A DNA stretch of 64,000 nt, taken from assembly GCF_006345805.1 (NCBI RefSeq), contig NC_043017.1, positions 806,001-870,000 on the forward strand, in the 5' to 3' direction. Of this stretch, positions 27,055 through 40,910 are shown piece after piece. Every line of letters starts with the position of its first letter. The stretch's first letter is position 1. The translations under genes were made by a program, and so were the position numbers. The notes under the pieces were generated by a model. That model was given only the letters and a program-made list of their open reading frames with translations. It had not been told where the DNA came from and did not search any database. The DNA comes from Octopus sinensis (Eukaryota).

Positions 27055-28142
27055 ATATGTATCCTCGTCTTTTTCGTTTATATACATATATTTATGTATA
27101 TATATATATCTTCGTCTTTTCGTATATCTATACACCATACAAGCAGGCACATCGGGTTATGTCAACACACAAATATACTCCTGAATATTGACAAAAGCAT
27201 GGACACGTTCATAAAAAAAAACCTGACCACAAAACAGTAGATACACATACTTACACTGAATTAATTATACATATTCGGACACAAGCACACTCAAAGCCAC
27301 ACACACACAAGCACACACATGAATACATACACACACACCATATAACCAGCACATAATCACATATACTCATAGATTTCAATACACAGCAAGGTAAACACAC
27401 ATCACATTCCACTCTTCCTATAAGTTGGGTGACAAATATATCTATCGGTCTATGTATATGCGTATTACGTATGTATGCATCAATGCATGCATGTATGCAT
27501 GTATGTATGTACTTATGTATTTATCTATCTATCCATTTGGCTCTTGCTCTGTCTCTCTCTCTCTCCATACATACATATATGTGTGGGTATATATATGTAT
27601 ACATGTATATACATATACATATATATATATATATATATAAACACACACGAATGCACACACATATAACCTATTATACTATATATATATATATATAAATTTT
27701 TAAACTCATTTGTCCATTGCAGTACGAATGCACATACAGCAAAACACACACATACATCCAACCCTTATATAACCCTCTGTGAACATATGCACGTTATCAA
27801 CCAACAAGTTAACACATAGTATTCTCCATGTTGCTGGCTAATTTAAATAGATTTAATCACGTGTTCCGATGTACAGTCGGCCATATTTTCCCTATGCTGT
27901 TTTAATAACTTCCTAGAAAGCAATTATCTTAGTGGACATATTGTGCGATAAAAACTCTGAAGAACACACATACGCATACATATACACACAAGTGACGCGG
28001 ACATACATTCATGGACATGTGAGTTTGCGTACGCACGCACACACTCACATACATTTGGTCTGTTATATATATATATATATAATATATATATAATATATGT
28101 GTGTGTGTGTGTAGATATTATCTATATATATATAATATATAC

Positions 28143-28173
<31 letters not shown>

Positions 28174-28457
28174 ATATATGTAGTATGTATAAGAGAGAAA
28201 ATGAGAGAGAGAGAGCGGGAGATAAATAAATATGGTATATGCATGTACCTCCTCCATATGCATAAATTGCTCGCTTTGTGACCATGCGTTTTAAGTCCCA
28301 GCCACATGGGCCCAGGTTGTCCTACTGCGAGGCTCCTTGGGCACCTGTCCCCTCCTATAGCTTCAGGTTGACGAAATGGTTGTCAGTGGATTTGGTAGAT
28401 GGAAAAATACCCGTTGTATATATAGTATATATATATGTATGTATATATTTTAGTGTG

Positions 28458-28557
28458 NNNNNNNNNNNNNNNNNNNNNNNNNNNNNNNNNNNNNNNNNNN
28501 NNNNNNNNNNNNNNNNNNNNNNNNNNNNNNNNNNNNNNNNNNNNNNNNNNNNNNNNN
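28458..28557. other. assembly gap (100 N)
   Basis: Direct. A round 100 N usually means unknown size, so the relative arrangement of the flanks is not guaranteed. Confidence 0.99.
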
Positions 28558-28558
28558 G

Positions 28559-28673
28559 GCGAAAACGAATCAATTGCAGCGCAGACTTCAAAACGACAGG
28601 CTGGAAGTGTCTATCCTGGTGACGCGTGCTGAGGAAGCTAAGGCTATTTTTGCCCGTGCAGAAACCGGTCCAC
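28559..28673 (+). CDS. candidate internal coding exon, 5' end lost in gap
   Basis: About 52% GC; the only plus frame open up to a consensus donor (CAC|GTGAGT at 28674) reads AKTNQLQRRLQNDRLEVSILVTRAEEAKAIFARAETGP. Confidence 0.45.
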
Positions 28674-28964
28674 GTGAGTCCAAATACTTAAATGCACGCT
28701 GGGAGATTGTCTTAATCTGATTTGTCTTCTGTTGATTCCTGTAGTTATCATCAGTGTATTTTGGCGATTTAAATAAGAGTTCTGAATGTTATTTTCAGCA
28801 GAGACACATACTTAGTATATCCTTTGATTAATTTTAATCCTTTCAGCTATTTAATGTTTTTATTATTATTATTGATCCTCTTATCATTTATTATATCGTT
28901 ACATTGGATCATAACAAGGAATGATATCTTTACAAACTAATTTTTCATGAATTGTTTACTCATT

Positions 28965-29005
<41 letters not shown>

Positions 29006-29183
29006 TTCATTGTTATTATTATCAATATTTTGACCCCAACCCCGAGCACAATACTGCACGAATCGCAGTAGAATTTCTTGATTAACATCAAGCAAAAATA
29101 TGCATAGATCAGAATTGGTCCGCTGAACGAGAGTAACGCCCATGGGAAACTCTCCAGTGTATCCAAGCCCTAAGCCGACACTA

Positions 29184-29244
<61 letters not shown>

Positions 29245-29293
29245 TATATATTATTATATATGTATATTTATATATAATATATATGTATATATA

Positions 29294-29366
<73 letters not shown>

Positions 29367-29683
29367 CAAATTCAACGCACACATACAGGAACGTAGTTAA
29401 AATCATATATATTTTTATACAGTCTTACATACATGCATACACACATGTATCATATATACACCGCTGCATATTTATGTACATTATACATGAATACAATACA
29501 TACTTAACACACATATATAGATTGAAGTGAATTCACACAAGGAAACTCATTTGACAAACGTTGGAGAATATAGGTATACTTTAGAGATTATGAAGACGCA
29601 TTTATAAACTTTTACAGAAACACATACACAAATACACAAACACATGTATTGAAAGGCGCACATGCGTGCATTTAATTATATAT

Positions 29684-29717
<34 letters not shown>

Positions 29718-30096
29718 GCGTTTGTATATAAATGTGTGTGTGTGTGTGTGTGTGTGTTGATAGATTTTTAACATGTTTATATACCAGCCGTGCATACAAT
29801 GCAGATTTCCGACCCATATATTTGCAGCAATCCCACAAGACAGCGACGCCTCCACTGAACGCAGTCATTAATCAAAGACGCATTCATTCTCAGATATGCA
29901 CACATGTCTACACAAATACATACAGACATACTTGCGCGCATGCGTTAATATCCAGCGGCTCGTTACGAGATGATCTTTGTTTCTTTCCAATGAAGAATTT
30001 TCTCGACGTAAATCACCAGAGATCTGTCTCTGAGATATTCGATAACTATGTGAAGGTTGCATTAAATTTACCATGTTATATATCATATTACATTTA

Positions 30097-30102
<6 letters not shown>

Positions 30103-30131
<29 letters not shown>

Positions 30132-30190
30132 TGTATGTATGTATGTATGTATGTATGTATGTATGTATGTATGTATGTATGTATTTATTT

Positions 30191-30255
<65 letters not shown>

Positions 30256-30258
30256 ATG
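30103..30258. repeat. (TATG)n(TATC)n microsatellite
   Basis: Direct. Confidence 0.95.
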
Positions 30259-30373
30259 TATATATGCACATACACATAATTATATATGGATGTATGTATG
30301 CATATATGTACACAGTGCGTTATATGTTGGTTTTTGTATTCTGTTAAATTTGAAATTATCTCATATATCATCT

Positions 30374-30650
30374 TACGAAGGACGTTTTCACTCTCTTAAC
30401 ACACTCAGGTCATTTCGGCTCAAACATTTTAAAATGAATACGTAGAGCTTCTAGCTAGAAATACCAGTAAAGTTTATTCAAGTTTCACTCTAGTCTTTCA
30501 AAAAATTGAGTGAAGGGCGTGTTAGATTATGTAATGTTCGATATGAAAAGGAAGGCGTTATCAAATTTGGGATATGTGGGCTATAAACGGTGTTAGCTAG
30601 GACAGTGAACATAGCAACCAAATGAGTTTAAACGTAACTACTAACAGAAT
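30374..30650 (+). mobile_element. possible mariner 5' end fragment
   Basis: Starts TA|CGAAGG like the mariner TIR ends at 6161 and 52426; weak GVIKF-like residue motif. Confidence 0.3.
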
Positions 30651-30749
30651 AAACACACACACACACACACACACACACATGCACGCACATACACTCACGT
30701 ATATAAATATATATATATATATATATACATGGCTTTTGGTCTATTGTAA

Positions 30750-30955
30750 ATTTTGGTTATTTTGACTGCGGTCATGCTGGAGCACCACCTTCAGTCGACG
30801 CCATTACTTATTCTTGTCAGCCTAGGAATTATTTTATCGGTTCCTTATAGCGATAAAATCCGCTTAAAAGACTTTGGTCACCTCGAATCTATGGTTGAAG
30901 ACACTCACTCAAGGTGCCACGCAATTGGGACCATGTGGTTCGGAAGTAAGCTTCT
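30750..30955 (-). mobile_element. SINE family A, decayed with deletions
   Basis: gactgcggtcatgctggagcaccacc...caaggtgccacgc..accatgtggtt. Confidence 0.7.
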
Positions 30956-31937
30956 CTATTTTTTTTAAATTGGCCATGGAAGCCATACATAGAAGGGACA
31001 GCACCAGGTGGGGACAAAAGAAAAAAGAAAAGCACAAAACGAATGAGAATGATGAATTAAAGATAATGAAAGATGAAATGAAGCCGCTCGGCCACACCTC
31101 TGAGCGACTTCATTGAACTTGTTGATACAAACCTTTTTAAAAAAAACTGGTGTATAATTCTTTCTTTAGCGACAGCCAATTTCCATCCTTCCGAAGAATG
31201 TTTTCGTTAGGTTTTATTTTTTGAAATATCCTGAAAGCTGCTTGTTTCGGAATTGAGCTGCTGTCGGATTTCTTGACCCACCACCGACAGTCCTGATTTT
31301 CTTCATAGACCTTCAATTCCAACATATATCCTGGGTCTGCCACTACACAACCAATGTACTCGGGCACGCCCCTTCACTTCTGATCCCTCCACTTTTATAA
31401 CATTGTCCCACAAGTCTATCTTTGTCATACAGTTCTTCATTTTCTCAACCTTACAATAGAACATGATTTTTCAAGGGCGAGGGTGAGGAAATTTGGGGAT
31501 CCTGTGCGTTTGTGTTTGTCTTGATTTCAGGTGGGGCACGGAGAGAGCTGGTGTCTATAGGGAGTGGTTTGGGTAAAGTGGGTGTGGGTGTCGGATGGGG
31601 GTCATCATTTACAGCGTGAACCTTTTTCCTCTCTTTCTTCTCCTTTTCCCAGCTGTTTCCCAATCACTGTCCATTTCATCTTTTCCGACGCTGGTAATGG
31701 TGTATATATATGTGTGTGTATATATATGTATGTATGTATCTTTGTGATTTGTGTGTATTTGTGAGTGTTTGTGTGTGTGAGTGTATGTGTGTGTTGTTGT
31801 GCGACTATGTGTGTTATGAGTGAATGTTCGTATATTTGTGTATGTACGTTTCTGCGTGTGTGTATGTAAACATCTATGTGTGTATGTATATAAATATATA
31901 TGTATGTATATGTAAGAATTTAAATATTTATGTGGTT

Positions 31938-31993
<56 letters not shown>

Positions 31994-32603
31994 TGTGTGT
32001 GTGCGTGTGTGTGTATGCATGTATGTAAGTGTAGTTAGGTGGCGAGATTGAAAATATTGAATCAGCGCTAAAAGTTCTATAAAAGGAGTTTTCTCGATAA
32101 AAGAAAGAACAGAATAAATAAGAACAATGCCGTGAATTACCCACCTATTTCCTCTCCCCCTCTCGTTCTCTATCCATTTAAGTGTATGTGAGTATTTCTC
32201 CCTTATTTCCTGTTTTTCTCTTTCTGTTTATACATACATACATATATATATATACATGTATATATATTTTTTTTTTTCTTTAAATATATATATATATTTT
32301 AAAATTTATATATATATATATATTTCAAAAAAAAAAAAATATATATATATAAAAATTTTTTCAAGTGTTTATGTAACATATATATTTCTGTTATATGTAT
32401 GTATGTATGTTAGTATCTATCTATCTATCTATCTATCAACCTATCTCTCTCTCTCTCTCTCTCTCTATATAATATATATATATATTATATTATATATATA
32501 TATATATACACATATAGTTATCATACACAATACATACATATATATATATACATATATACATATATATACATATACATACATATATATATATACATATACA
32601 TAC

Positions 32604-32660
<57 letters not shown>

Positions 32661-33006
32661 CTTTTTATTTATTTGGTTAACATAATTATGTTTATAATTT
32701 ATTTCAACCATTTATAGATTTTCAGCTTTATTTATCAATTTATAAATAAAAAGTATATTTTTTATTTATTTTTTTACGCTATTTCCTAAACTCAATTAAG
32801 GACAACATCCACTTTGCAACAGAAGTATTCTATCTTTATTTATGGTAGTTGTTTTTGTGGTTCTTGTTTTCTTTTTAGGTTATTTATGTTGTTGGTGGTT
32901 TTGCCGAAGCAATGTTTTTTGTCTTTTTAAGAAGTTAAAATATTTTTGTGGAATTCATGAACAGAAATATAATTTTTTTCCCTGTAAAATCTAAATGAAT
33001 AAATAA

Positions 33007-33048
<42 letters not shown>

Positions 33049-33341
33049 ACACGCATATTTATATATACATGCTTATATATTTTTATATCTATGCCAGAAG
33101 GTTTACAAATCCAACGGAGGTGTCAAAAGAGATTTTAAGATCCACAAAGACCAGAATTTACCTGCAGCTCTTGACGGTCAAAATCGGAAGGTGCAATCTA
33201 TGCCTTTTCAGAACATTAGTTTCAAAAGCCACATCTGATGCCATGATGATGTTTCTAGGGTGTAGGTACAGGAGGCGGTCAAACTCTGCATAAGGAGTAG
33301 ACAAACACCACCATATACATACAGATACATACATATATACA

Positions 33342-34095
33342 TACTAGTAATGCAAGCCCGGCGTTGCCCGGGTGTTATTACCTACAGACATAGTGTATTA
33401 TTTGTTCCTTTCTTAAGGGCAGAATCAACACACCTGATATATAGTTAGCTAGATTCCTGGCGTAAAGAAAGTTATTGTTTTTTATTTAAAGTGAGGGTGG
33501 GGGGTACAATTTGTTTCATCCTATAAATGGAGGTTAATAAAAGTTTGCCCAGAAATCACATTTTCGAAGTTTTAATTTCCCCTCATCCTCATCGAAATTT
33601 CTTAATTATATATTTTTTCTGGGAAATGCTTTTTTTCAGATTTTAATTTTTCTTAAAGAAACATTTAAAACCCCTTCATATTACCTACCCGCTTTCAAAA
33701 ATCTAAAATCTCCAAATGTTTTAAATTCGTGGGCTGCTTCATGCATGCGTAGAACTGTACTGACTTAGCAGACGTAAAAAATACTACAATACCACCGGAA
33801 AACCCGACAGCTAGAAACAACACGTAAACAACATTATGTCTGAAGAAACTTCCCCGCTTTCCCAAACGCTGAATGTGAAACATTGGGAGTTTGCAGTTTT
33901 TTTTGAAAGTGGTGAGGTGCTTATTGAACGTTTGGGAAGGAAATTTTAGTGTTCCTTTTAAATTGATATCGAACATCAGGTTTTGAAACACGCTCATCAC
34001 TAACATACATTTCAGAATAGAAAAAAGGTCATTTCAATTGAATTTGAGCCGTAATTTACCTCGTGCACACAGAGACAAATAACAACTCGTATACA
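33342..34095 (+). mobile_element. putative non-autonomous Helitron/Helentron-type element
   Basis: Begins TACTAG followed by the hairpin CCCGG-cgttgc-CCGGG (33357-33372), a terminus typical of DINE-1/Lep1-like elements; distal part has a cacagagaca microsatellite seed. No Rep/Hel coding; right boundary uncertain. Confidence 0.5.
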
Positions 34096-34184
34096 AGATT
34101 TATCGCGCGCGTGTGTGTGTGTGTGTGTATCAAAGAAAGTTATTTTATGACGTTGTTTGCTTTGAAACGGGAAAGCTGTCAACT

Positions 34185-34266
34185 ATCTATATATTTATCT
34201 ATCTTTCTTTCTATCTACCTATTTCTCCCAATCTATCTATCTATCTACCTATCTATCTATCTCTCC

Positions 34267-34318
<52 letters not shown>

Positions 34319-34330
34319 CTCCATCTCTCC

Positions 34331-34419
<89 letters not shown>

Positions 34420-34455
34420 CCTATCTATATATCTATCTATCTATCTATCTATCGA
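34185..34455. repeat. (TATC)n microsatellite
   Basis: Direct. Confidence 0.95.
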
Positions 34456-34513
34456 TCGATCTGTGTATGTATATATACAACATGTGATCTCTTGAGCACC
34501 ACCAGCTCAAATA

Positions 34514-34707
34514 TTTTCTCCTCTGTCTTCCCTCCTCGGGATCTTTCCTTCTCCTTGTTTCCAACGAAGAGCTCCGCTCGAAACGTTAACCCTCCTTCCC
34601 TTCTTTCCTGAGCGTCAATAATACTTTAATTGTTCCACGTCCTGCGTTGCTGTGTTTTTTTCTCTCTTTTTTTCTCTTTTTTTTCTGTGTTTTCTTGTTT
34701 GGATTAA

Positions 34708-34712
<5 letters not shown>
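34514..34712 (+). mobile_element. short Penelope-like tail with hammerhead-like motif, 3' end in (TA)n
   Basis: GTTT-CCAACGA-A-GAGC-TCC-GCTC-GAAA-CGTT-AAC at 34557-34590; homologous to 1040-1245 and 59424-59590. Confidence 0.65.
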
Positions 34713-34767
<55 letters not shown>

Positions 34768-35214
34768 TGTGTGTGCATGTTATATGATATTGCGGGGACA
34801 GAAAGCATCCACGTCTCCCTGGTTTAATCCGATGAATCGATGAAATACTCCTGAGTAACGTTTTACTTTGTAGTATTGGTGTTTATTATTTAATATTTAA
34901 AAAAATTATTAGACACATTATGGAGTCCAGGTACACACAGAAAAAATAAAAACAAAATGCATTTACCCTTAAAACGTTTTTATAAATATACGAATGTTAA
35001 TATGAGAAGACTCAATCGATCGAGATGTGATTACTTTCGTGTCATATTTTCACTCTGAAGAAATATTTAACTCGTAATTTTCAAAATGCTGTTTTAATTT
35101 ATAAATTTGTAATTTCAATGAGTTGAATATGGAAACAATTGTAGGCAATGCAAATTGACAATATGTTAATAAGTTGATGTTATCTGTTAAAACTCTCCCT
35201 TTTCTTCTTTAATA

Positions 35215-35619
35215 CTCTCTCTGTTTACTTTCTTTTACTTGTTTCAATCATTTGACGGTGGCCATGCTGAAGCACCGTCTTTAGTGGAGCAAATCGATCC
35301 CAGGACTTATTCTTTGTCAGCCGAGGCCTAATGCTATCGGTCTCTTTTGCCGAACCAATAGGTTACGGGAACGTAAACACACCAGCATCGGTTGTCAAGC
35401 GATGTTGGGGGGACAAACACAGACACACAAACATATACACACACATACATAGACATATAGACATATATGCGACGGGCTTCTTTTAGTTTCCGATTACCAA
35501 ATCCACTCACAAGGCTTTGGTCGGCCCGAAGCTATAGTAGATGACACTTGCCCAAGGTGCCACGCAGTGGGACTGAACCCCGAACCATGTGGTTGGTAAG
35601 CAAGCTACTTACCACACAG
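35215..35619 (-). mobile_element. tRNA-derived SINE family A, near full length
   Basis: Colinear with 9813-10189. Confidence 0.9.
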
Positions 35620-36570
35620 TATACATATAGGCAAACACTAACATACATACACACATATACATGCATACATAGTCATACCACCCCGATACACGTTTGCATA
35701 TATGCGTATATACAGATCATTTCATAATTTTAGATACGCAAAAAGTTATCGAAGTGATTCAAAGACGAAGAGTTGCAAGCATGACACTTATCAATCTGGT
35801 TGATAAACGCCATGTCACGATTTCATTGGACGAAGAAGAGGAAACGAAAGTTTGCTAAAATCGAATAAATTGCATTATTGAATTCCATTCTTTTTCGCTT
35901 TTGTCTCCCTTGTTGGCACAGGCTGCTTTCTAATTCGCTCGTAACACGAGACGTTTAAACTGACTGGTAATTACCGTATCGATCCACTCTCGTTGCTCAT
36001 AAAATTTAATCAGTCGATGAAAATCTACCTACATGTCTCTTTTACCAATGATAATACACAACCTTGTACCAATTTTGGTTTGGAATATTAAGCCCATTTA
36101 TGCAGAACTTTTATGCAAACGCATACTCTATCACAATGTTTACTGGGTATGATCTCATCTAACAAAATGGCAAAATATATTACTTGAATTAATTTCCATT
36201 TTGGTGCGATTCATCTTTACTTTGAGCAAGTATTGCATATCAGGAAAACGGGCGAATATAACTGAAGCCATTTCAGTTGGGTTGCGAAGCCAATAAAATT
36301 TTAGTTACTGATCGATAAATCCTTGTGATTTCGAAACGAAATTATTTATTTCACACGTGTTTAATAAATTATATATTGCTCTCTGATCACTGGGCAACTG
36401 GATCTATAAATATAGGAAGGAGGAAATTGGAAATTGATCATTGTAACTTATATTGGTACCAGCAAATGATAGATGATCTTTTACTATTTCAAATATCCGA
36501 AAGTGAAAAGCGGGAAAACGAGAAGATGTCCCTATTGTTAGAATGCGGGATTAAATGATATTATGATATT

Positions 36571-36764
36571 AGGCGTATGGTAAGGAGTTTGCTTCTCAAC
36601 CCCCATGGTTCCCAATTCAGTCCTGGAGCGTGACACGTTGGCCAGTGGACTTCTACTTTAACCACGGGCATCGAAAGCTTGTAAGTGGATCTGATAGGCA
36701 GAAAGCGGAGAGGCTCGTTCTATATAAAAACATACATACAAACAAACACACATACAAACATACA

Positions 36765-36813
<49 letters not shown>

Positions 36814-36916
36814 GTATACATATAAACATGCGCAGGAGTGGCTGTGTGGTAAGTAGGTTGCTTACCAACCACATGGTTCTGGGATCAGTCCCACTGCGTG
36901 GCACCTTGGGCAAGTC
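36571..36916 (+). mobile_element. two family A SINE 5' fragments separated by microsatellite
   Basis: 36571-36725 is decayed; 36831-36916 (gcaggagtggctgtgtggtaag...gcaccttgggcaagt) is well preserved. Confidence 0.8.
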
Positions 36917-39317
36917 TAAAATGTAACACACAAAGAAAATTTAACTGCGTCCCTTAACCATCTTTCTTTAAATACCACCAGTCGTTTACTTTTCATCCTT
37001 TATAGGAGGGTCGGTAACCCCCCCCCCCCACTCACACACGCCCGTGTAATTTACTGATATAGACTACGACTGCTATACTCAGTTCATATTATGACTGTAA
37101 TCTGCTCCCGGTATTTCGGACTTGGTTGGAGAATTCCTCGGTTTTGCCGAGTGTGGAAACACCTCTTAGTGAGTATTGTGTCCCAGGTTTACTCCGAACC
37201 AGAAGAGTAGCACCTGTATGTGTCCCCGTTATGGCATACGGCATTCTCTCCGGACAATCCCCCACACAGATACCCTACATGAGGCCTTTCAGCTCTTTAG
37301 CTCTTAAGCTAGGGGAAGGTAGCTCAATACAAAACCTGGATCTAGATAAATCCTTAGGTCGTGGTTCTAGTGCCAGATCAATGTGAGTTCCAAGGAAGAG
37401 AAAGGTGGACTGGCTCTACACAGACTTATATCTCCTAAAATAATATTCATTTTGCAGACTCAAGCGCAGACCATCACCTTTGCTTCAAACATTGAACTAA
37501 GACCACTGTGCAGATGTTTCTTACCGAACTTTTACGTGTCGAAATGATGAGAGAATCCTCGCTGCTCTCATATTTATATAAATAGATGTCCTTGTAACTT
37601 ATGTTACGCAATGCAGGCAAAGCTATTAACATTTCTATCAAATATTTTAAATGCTGCGTTTTTTCAGCATTTTTCGTTACGGGCACGGAATTATTATAAT
37701 CCCATGTCTAATGAATATAATCTGTATTATGTATTTGACAAATGTTACTAGCATTTAAGTAATGCTACTTATTTCTTTAAGCCGTCAAGCTAGCAGAAGA
37801 CGGCGAACTGGAAAAGACTTTAGACCGTCGGAAAGAATTCTTCGCAGTATTTCCTCCGGTTCTTTACATTTTGAGTATTTAAGAGGCTAGCTTTGCTACT
37901 TAATGCCTTCACAGTGGTGACAAAATTTGCTCTTACTAAAATCTCTTAATCTAGAATGGGAAAACTATATTATTAAAGTCATGGGGACTTGTGGATAGGG
38001 TGTTGCACTAAGACCCCCAAATTTTATTTTCGACTCCCAGACTGGCAGTCTATTGTGTTCTTGAGTAAAACACCTCCGTTGATGTTGCTCCGATCCACTT
38101 AGTTGTAAATGTAAATCTGCATTGACAGGTGTCGCTTCAGAAGGTATGTTGAAATCTTGGTCACTTATAGATCACGGAAACCGGGCAACCAGCTCCATGA
38201 GTCGTAAGCGTGAAGAGTGTATTGCCCAGGAAATGGGGCGCGTAACGTAGTGGCTAGGATCGTACGAAAGTGGTTTCAATTTCTGTTCCGGGAAACCTGC
38301 ATGAGTAACGCGTCGCTCTATGGGTTTTAAGACTCGAGACTCTACTTAATACTTTAAGCAATATTATTTCTTACGTTGCTCCTGTCCACGCAACTGAATG
38401 GTTAACGCTGCGTAGACTCTATCCCATTCAGGATGAACGTTATGGCATCGGTAAGATTCACGCCGTTTAAACCGTGTAGCCGGTTCCGTCTATGAAGCCT
38501 AACTGTGAAGAGAGTGCTCCATCTTACGGCATTAGACATGGTTTTCGTCTCTATTTAAGCAAAACTCTGAAGTGTTACAGAGTTTGGTTCAACGCAACTC
38601 TTTAAGATTACGTATGGCAAGTTCGTAACAGAACTAGCGATTTGCGAACCCAGAACGACACTGTATTATCGATTCGAACGTTTTGTGTGTTGTCACAGAT
38701 ATGAAGACATAACTATTATATTATTACATATTTAGACATCATAAGTCTATAAATATATCGATATTGCAACGGTGCCACATTCCCATTTAATTTACTGACA
38801 CAAAATAGAAAGAGAATTGTCCCGATGTTCGTAATTGAACATCTATCGAATAAAATATATAAATCAAACAAAATGATGGAGGAAGAAAGGTGTCACTTAA
38901 TATCGATGTTCTTTGGAAGCGGTCTGCAGTGTTTTTCTTTTATTAGATTACAGGAATGCGAAACAGATATAATTAACACCACCTGGTGTATGTATATATG
39001 TGCATGTGTGTGTGCGCAATTGTTGTGTGCATGTGTGCATGTTGTTTCGTGTACGTGTGTGTATGTGTGCGCATGTTATGTGTGCTCGTGTGTTTGTGTA
39101 TCTGTGTTTGTTTGTGTGCGTGTGAGTTTCTATGGTTGTGTGAATGCGTATTAATATATATTCATGTCCGTGTATTTACATACATATATATATATACACA
39201 GATACACACTCACCCACACGCACACATATACACAAACATCTATATAAATGTATTTATACATACATATGTTTATACACAAACACACACACACACACACAAC
39301 ACACACACACACACACA

Positions 39318-39379
<62 letters not shown>

Positions 39380-40043
39380 TACAATTACACATCTATATAT
39401 CACTATAATTAGCATGTTATACATTAAACTGACAGACTGCACATTTCACTTTATGTAGTTCTTTCCAGACTTGTAATTAGCAATTTTCCCATCATGCAGT
39501 GCGATTCTCTATGGAATGAATCAAAGTTTCGAATCCCATTAAACCAAATTTCACATTTCTCTTGGGTAAAATGTAAATCCTTAATTAAAAAGCTATGTTT
39601 AATCACGATATCTATGGCAATGCCTTCTGCTAGACGTTAGAATTTGGAGGTTGAAGAAAAGAAAATGGTTTCATTAATAACCTTTCTTCCAAGCAGGCAG
39701 CCGGACAAGATTAAGTTTAATTAATAAAGGTGATAAAGAATATATATATATATACCTGCATACGTACAATTGTAAACGTCTGCAAGGCATGTGATGAATA
39801 AAACAAAATGCATTCCTCGCAAACTTGCTATTAAGCAGGTGCCCAGTCAATATCAGCTCTAAATTAAGAAAAGAAAAAGAAATAATACATACATGCATAT
39901 ATACGCACATGTATTTATATATATATGTATGTGTGTTTGTGTGTGTCTACATGTTTGTGTAAGTACGTATATATATATATATACGCATATATGTGTGTGT
40001 TGCCATGTTTGTGTACGTACGTACGTACACACACACACACACT

Positions 40044-40075
<32 letters not shown>

Positions 40076-40674
40076 CAAGCCTATATAATTTGATTCCTTT
40101 GTGATTAAATTACCATAAAGGGCAAAGAAGTGATATGGTATCACGTATAGCTAAGGCGCCGTAGGAACTGCGTTTCTTTCTCTTCCGTATTCAACTCTTT
40201 AACATATCTGCTTCACCTTTCAAACGGAAGTTTGACTCTCACTCTTACACATTTTCCTTTACATGCGTTCTTTTGGTCCCGAACATCTTGCGATGCACTT
40301 GGGTACCTCGTGTCATTAGGTACTCCGTGTTTTTCTGCAATCACGCACCCTCATACTGGTCAGCTATCGAAGCTGGTCAAGCCACAAATTGCATTGATTA
40401 TTATCCTAGATTGTTCTATTCCAGAAAGTATTAGCCCACATAACACTACCCCGGATAGCATTAACCCAACAGGGTTCACACCACCTGATCCACAAACCTC
40501 ACTTACTTCTGTAACCAACTTGATGCCCTTCTTTCTACACTTCGCTGAGATATCAACTGTGTAGATCCTGCAGTGAGGCTGGTTCACGAACCATCTGCAG
40601 ATGAGCCCCTCTGTTGGCGAGTCCCTCTGCAGGAGAGACCGTCTGCAAAGCCTACAATGTTATATGGTTGTATA

Positions 40675-40910
40675 AGGCGGTGAACTGGCAGAATCGGTAG
40701 TATGCCGGAAAAATTGCTTAGCGGTATTTCGTTCGTCTTTACGTTCTAATTTCTGCTGATTTCAAATTCCGCCGAGGGCGAATTTTCCTTTCATTCTTTC
40801 GGGGTCGGGGAAATAAGTACCTGCTGAGTGCAGGGCGGCGGAAGGGTGTATATGTTATCGTGTTACCACAACCCAGAAATTGATGGTATTGTGCTAAAAT
40901 TTGAAACTTA
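40675..40910 (+). mobile_element. SINE family C
   Basis: aggcggtgaactggcagaatcggtag...ttcaaattccgccgag...cctttcattctttcggggtcgg...taagtacc. Confidence 0.8.

Noticed and set aside
33069-33293. ORF FTNPTEVSKEILRSTKTRIYLQLL as the next exon after 28673
   Set aside because: The phase at the nearest acceptor is incompatible (a stop follows in the required frame), and any resemblance is too weak.
37100-37450. RTE-like LINE 5' UTR; similarly 40200-40650 as a LINE remnant
   Set aside because: Only a vague resemblance from memory and no diagnostic coding motif, so not listed as features.
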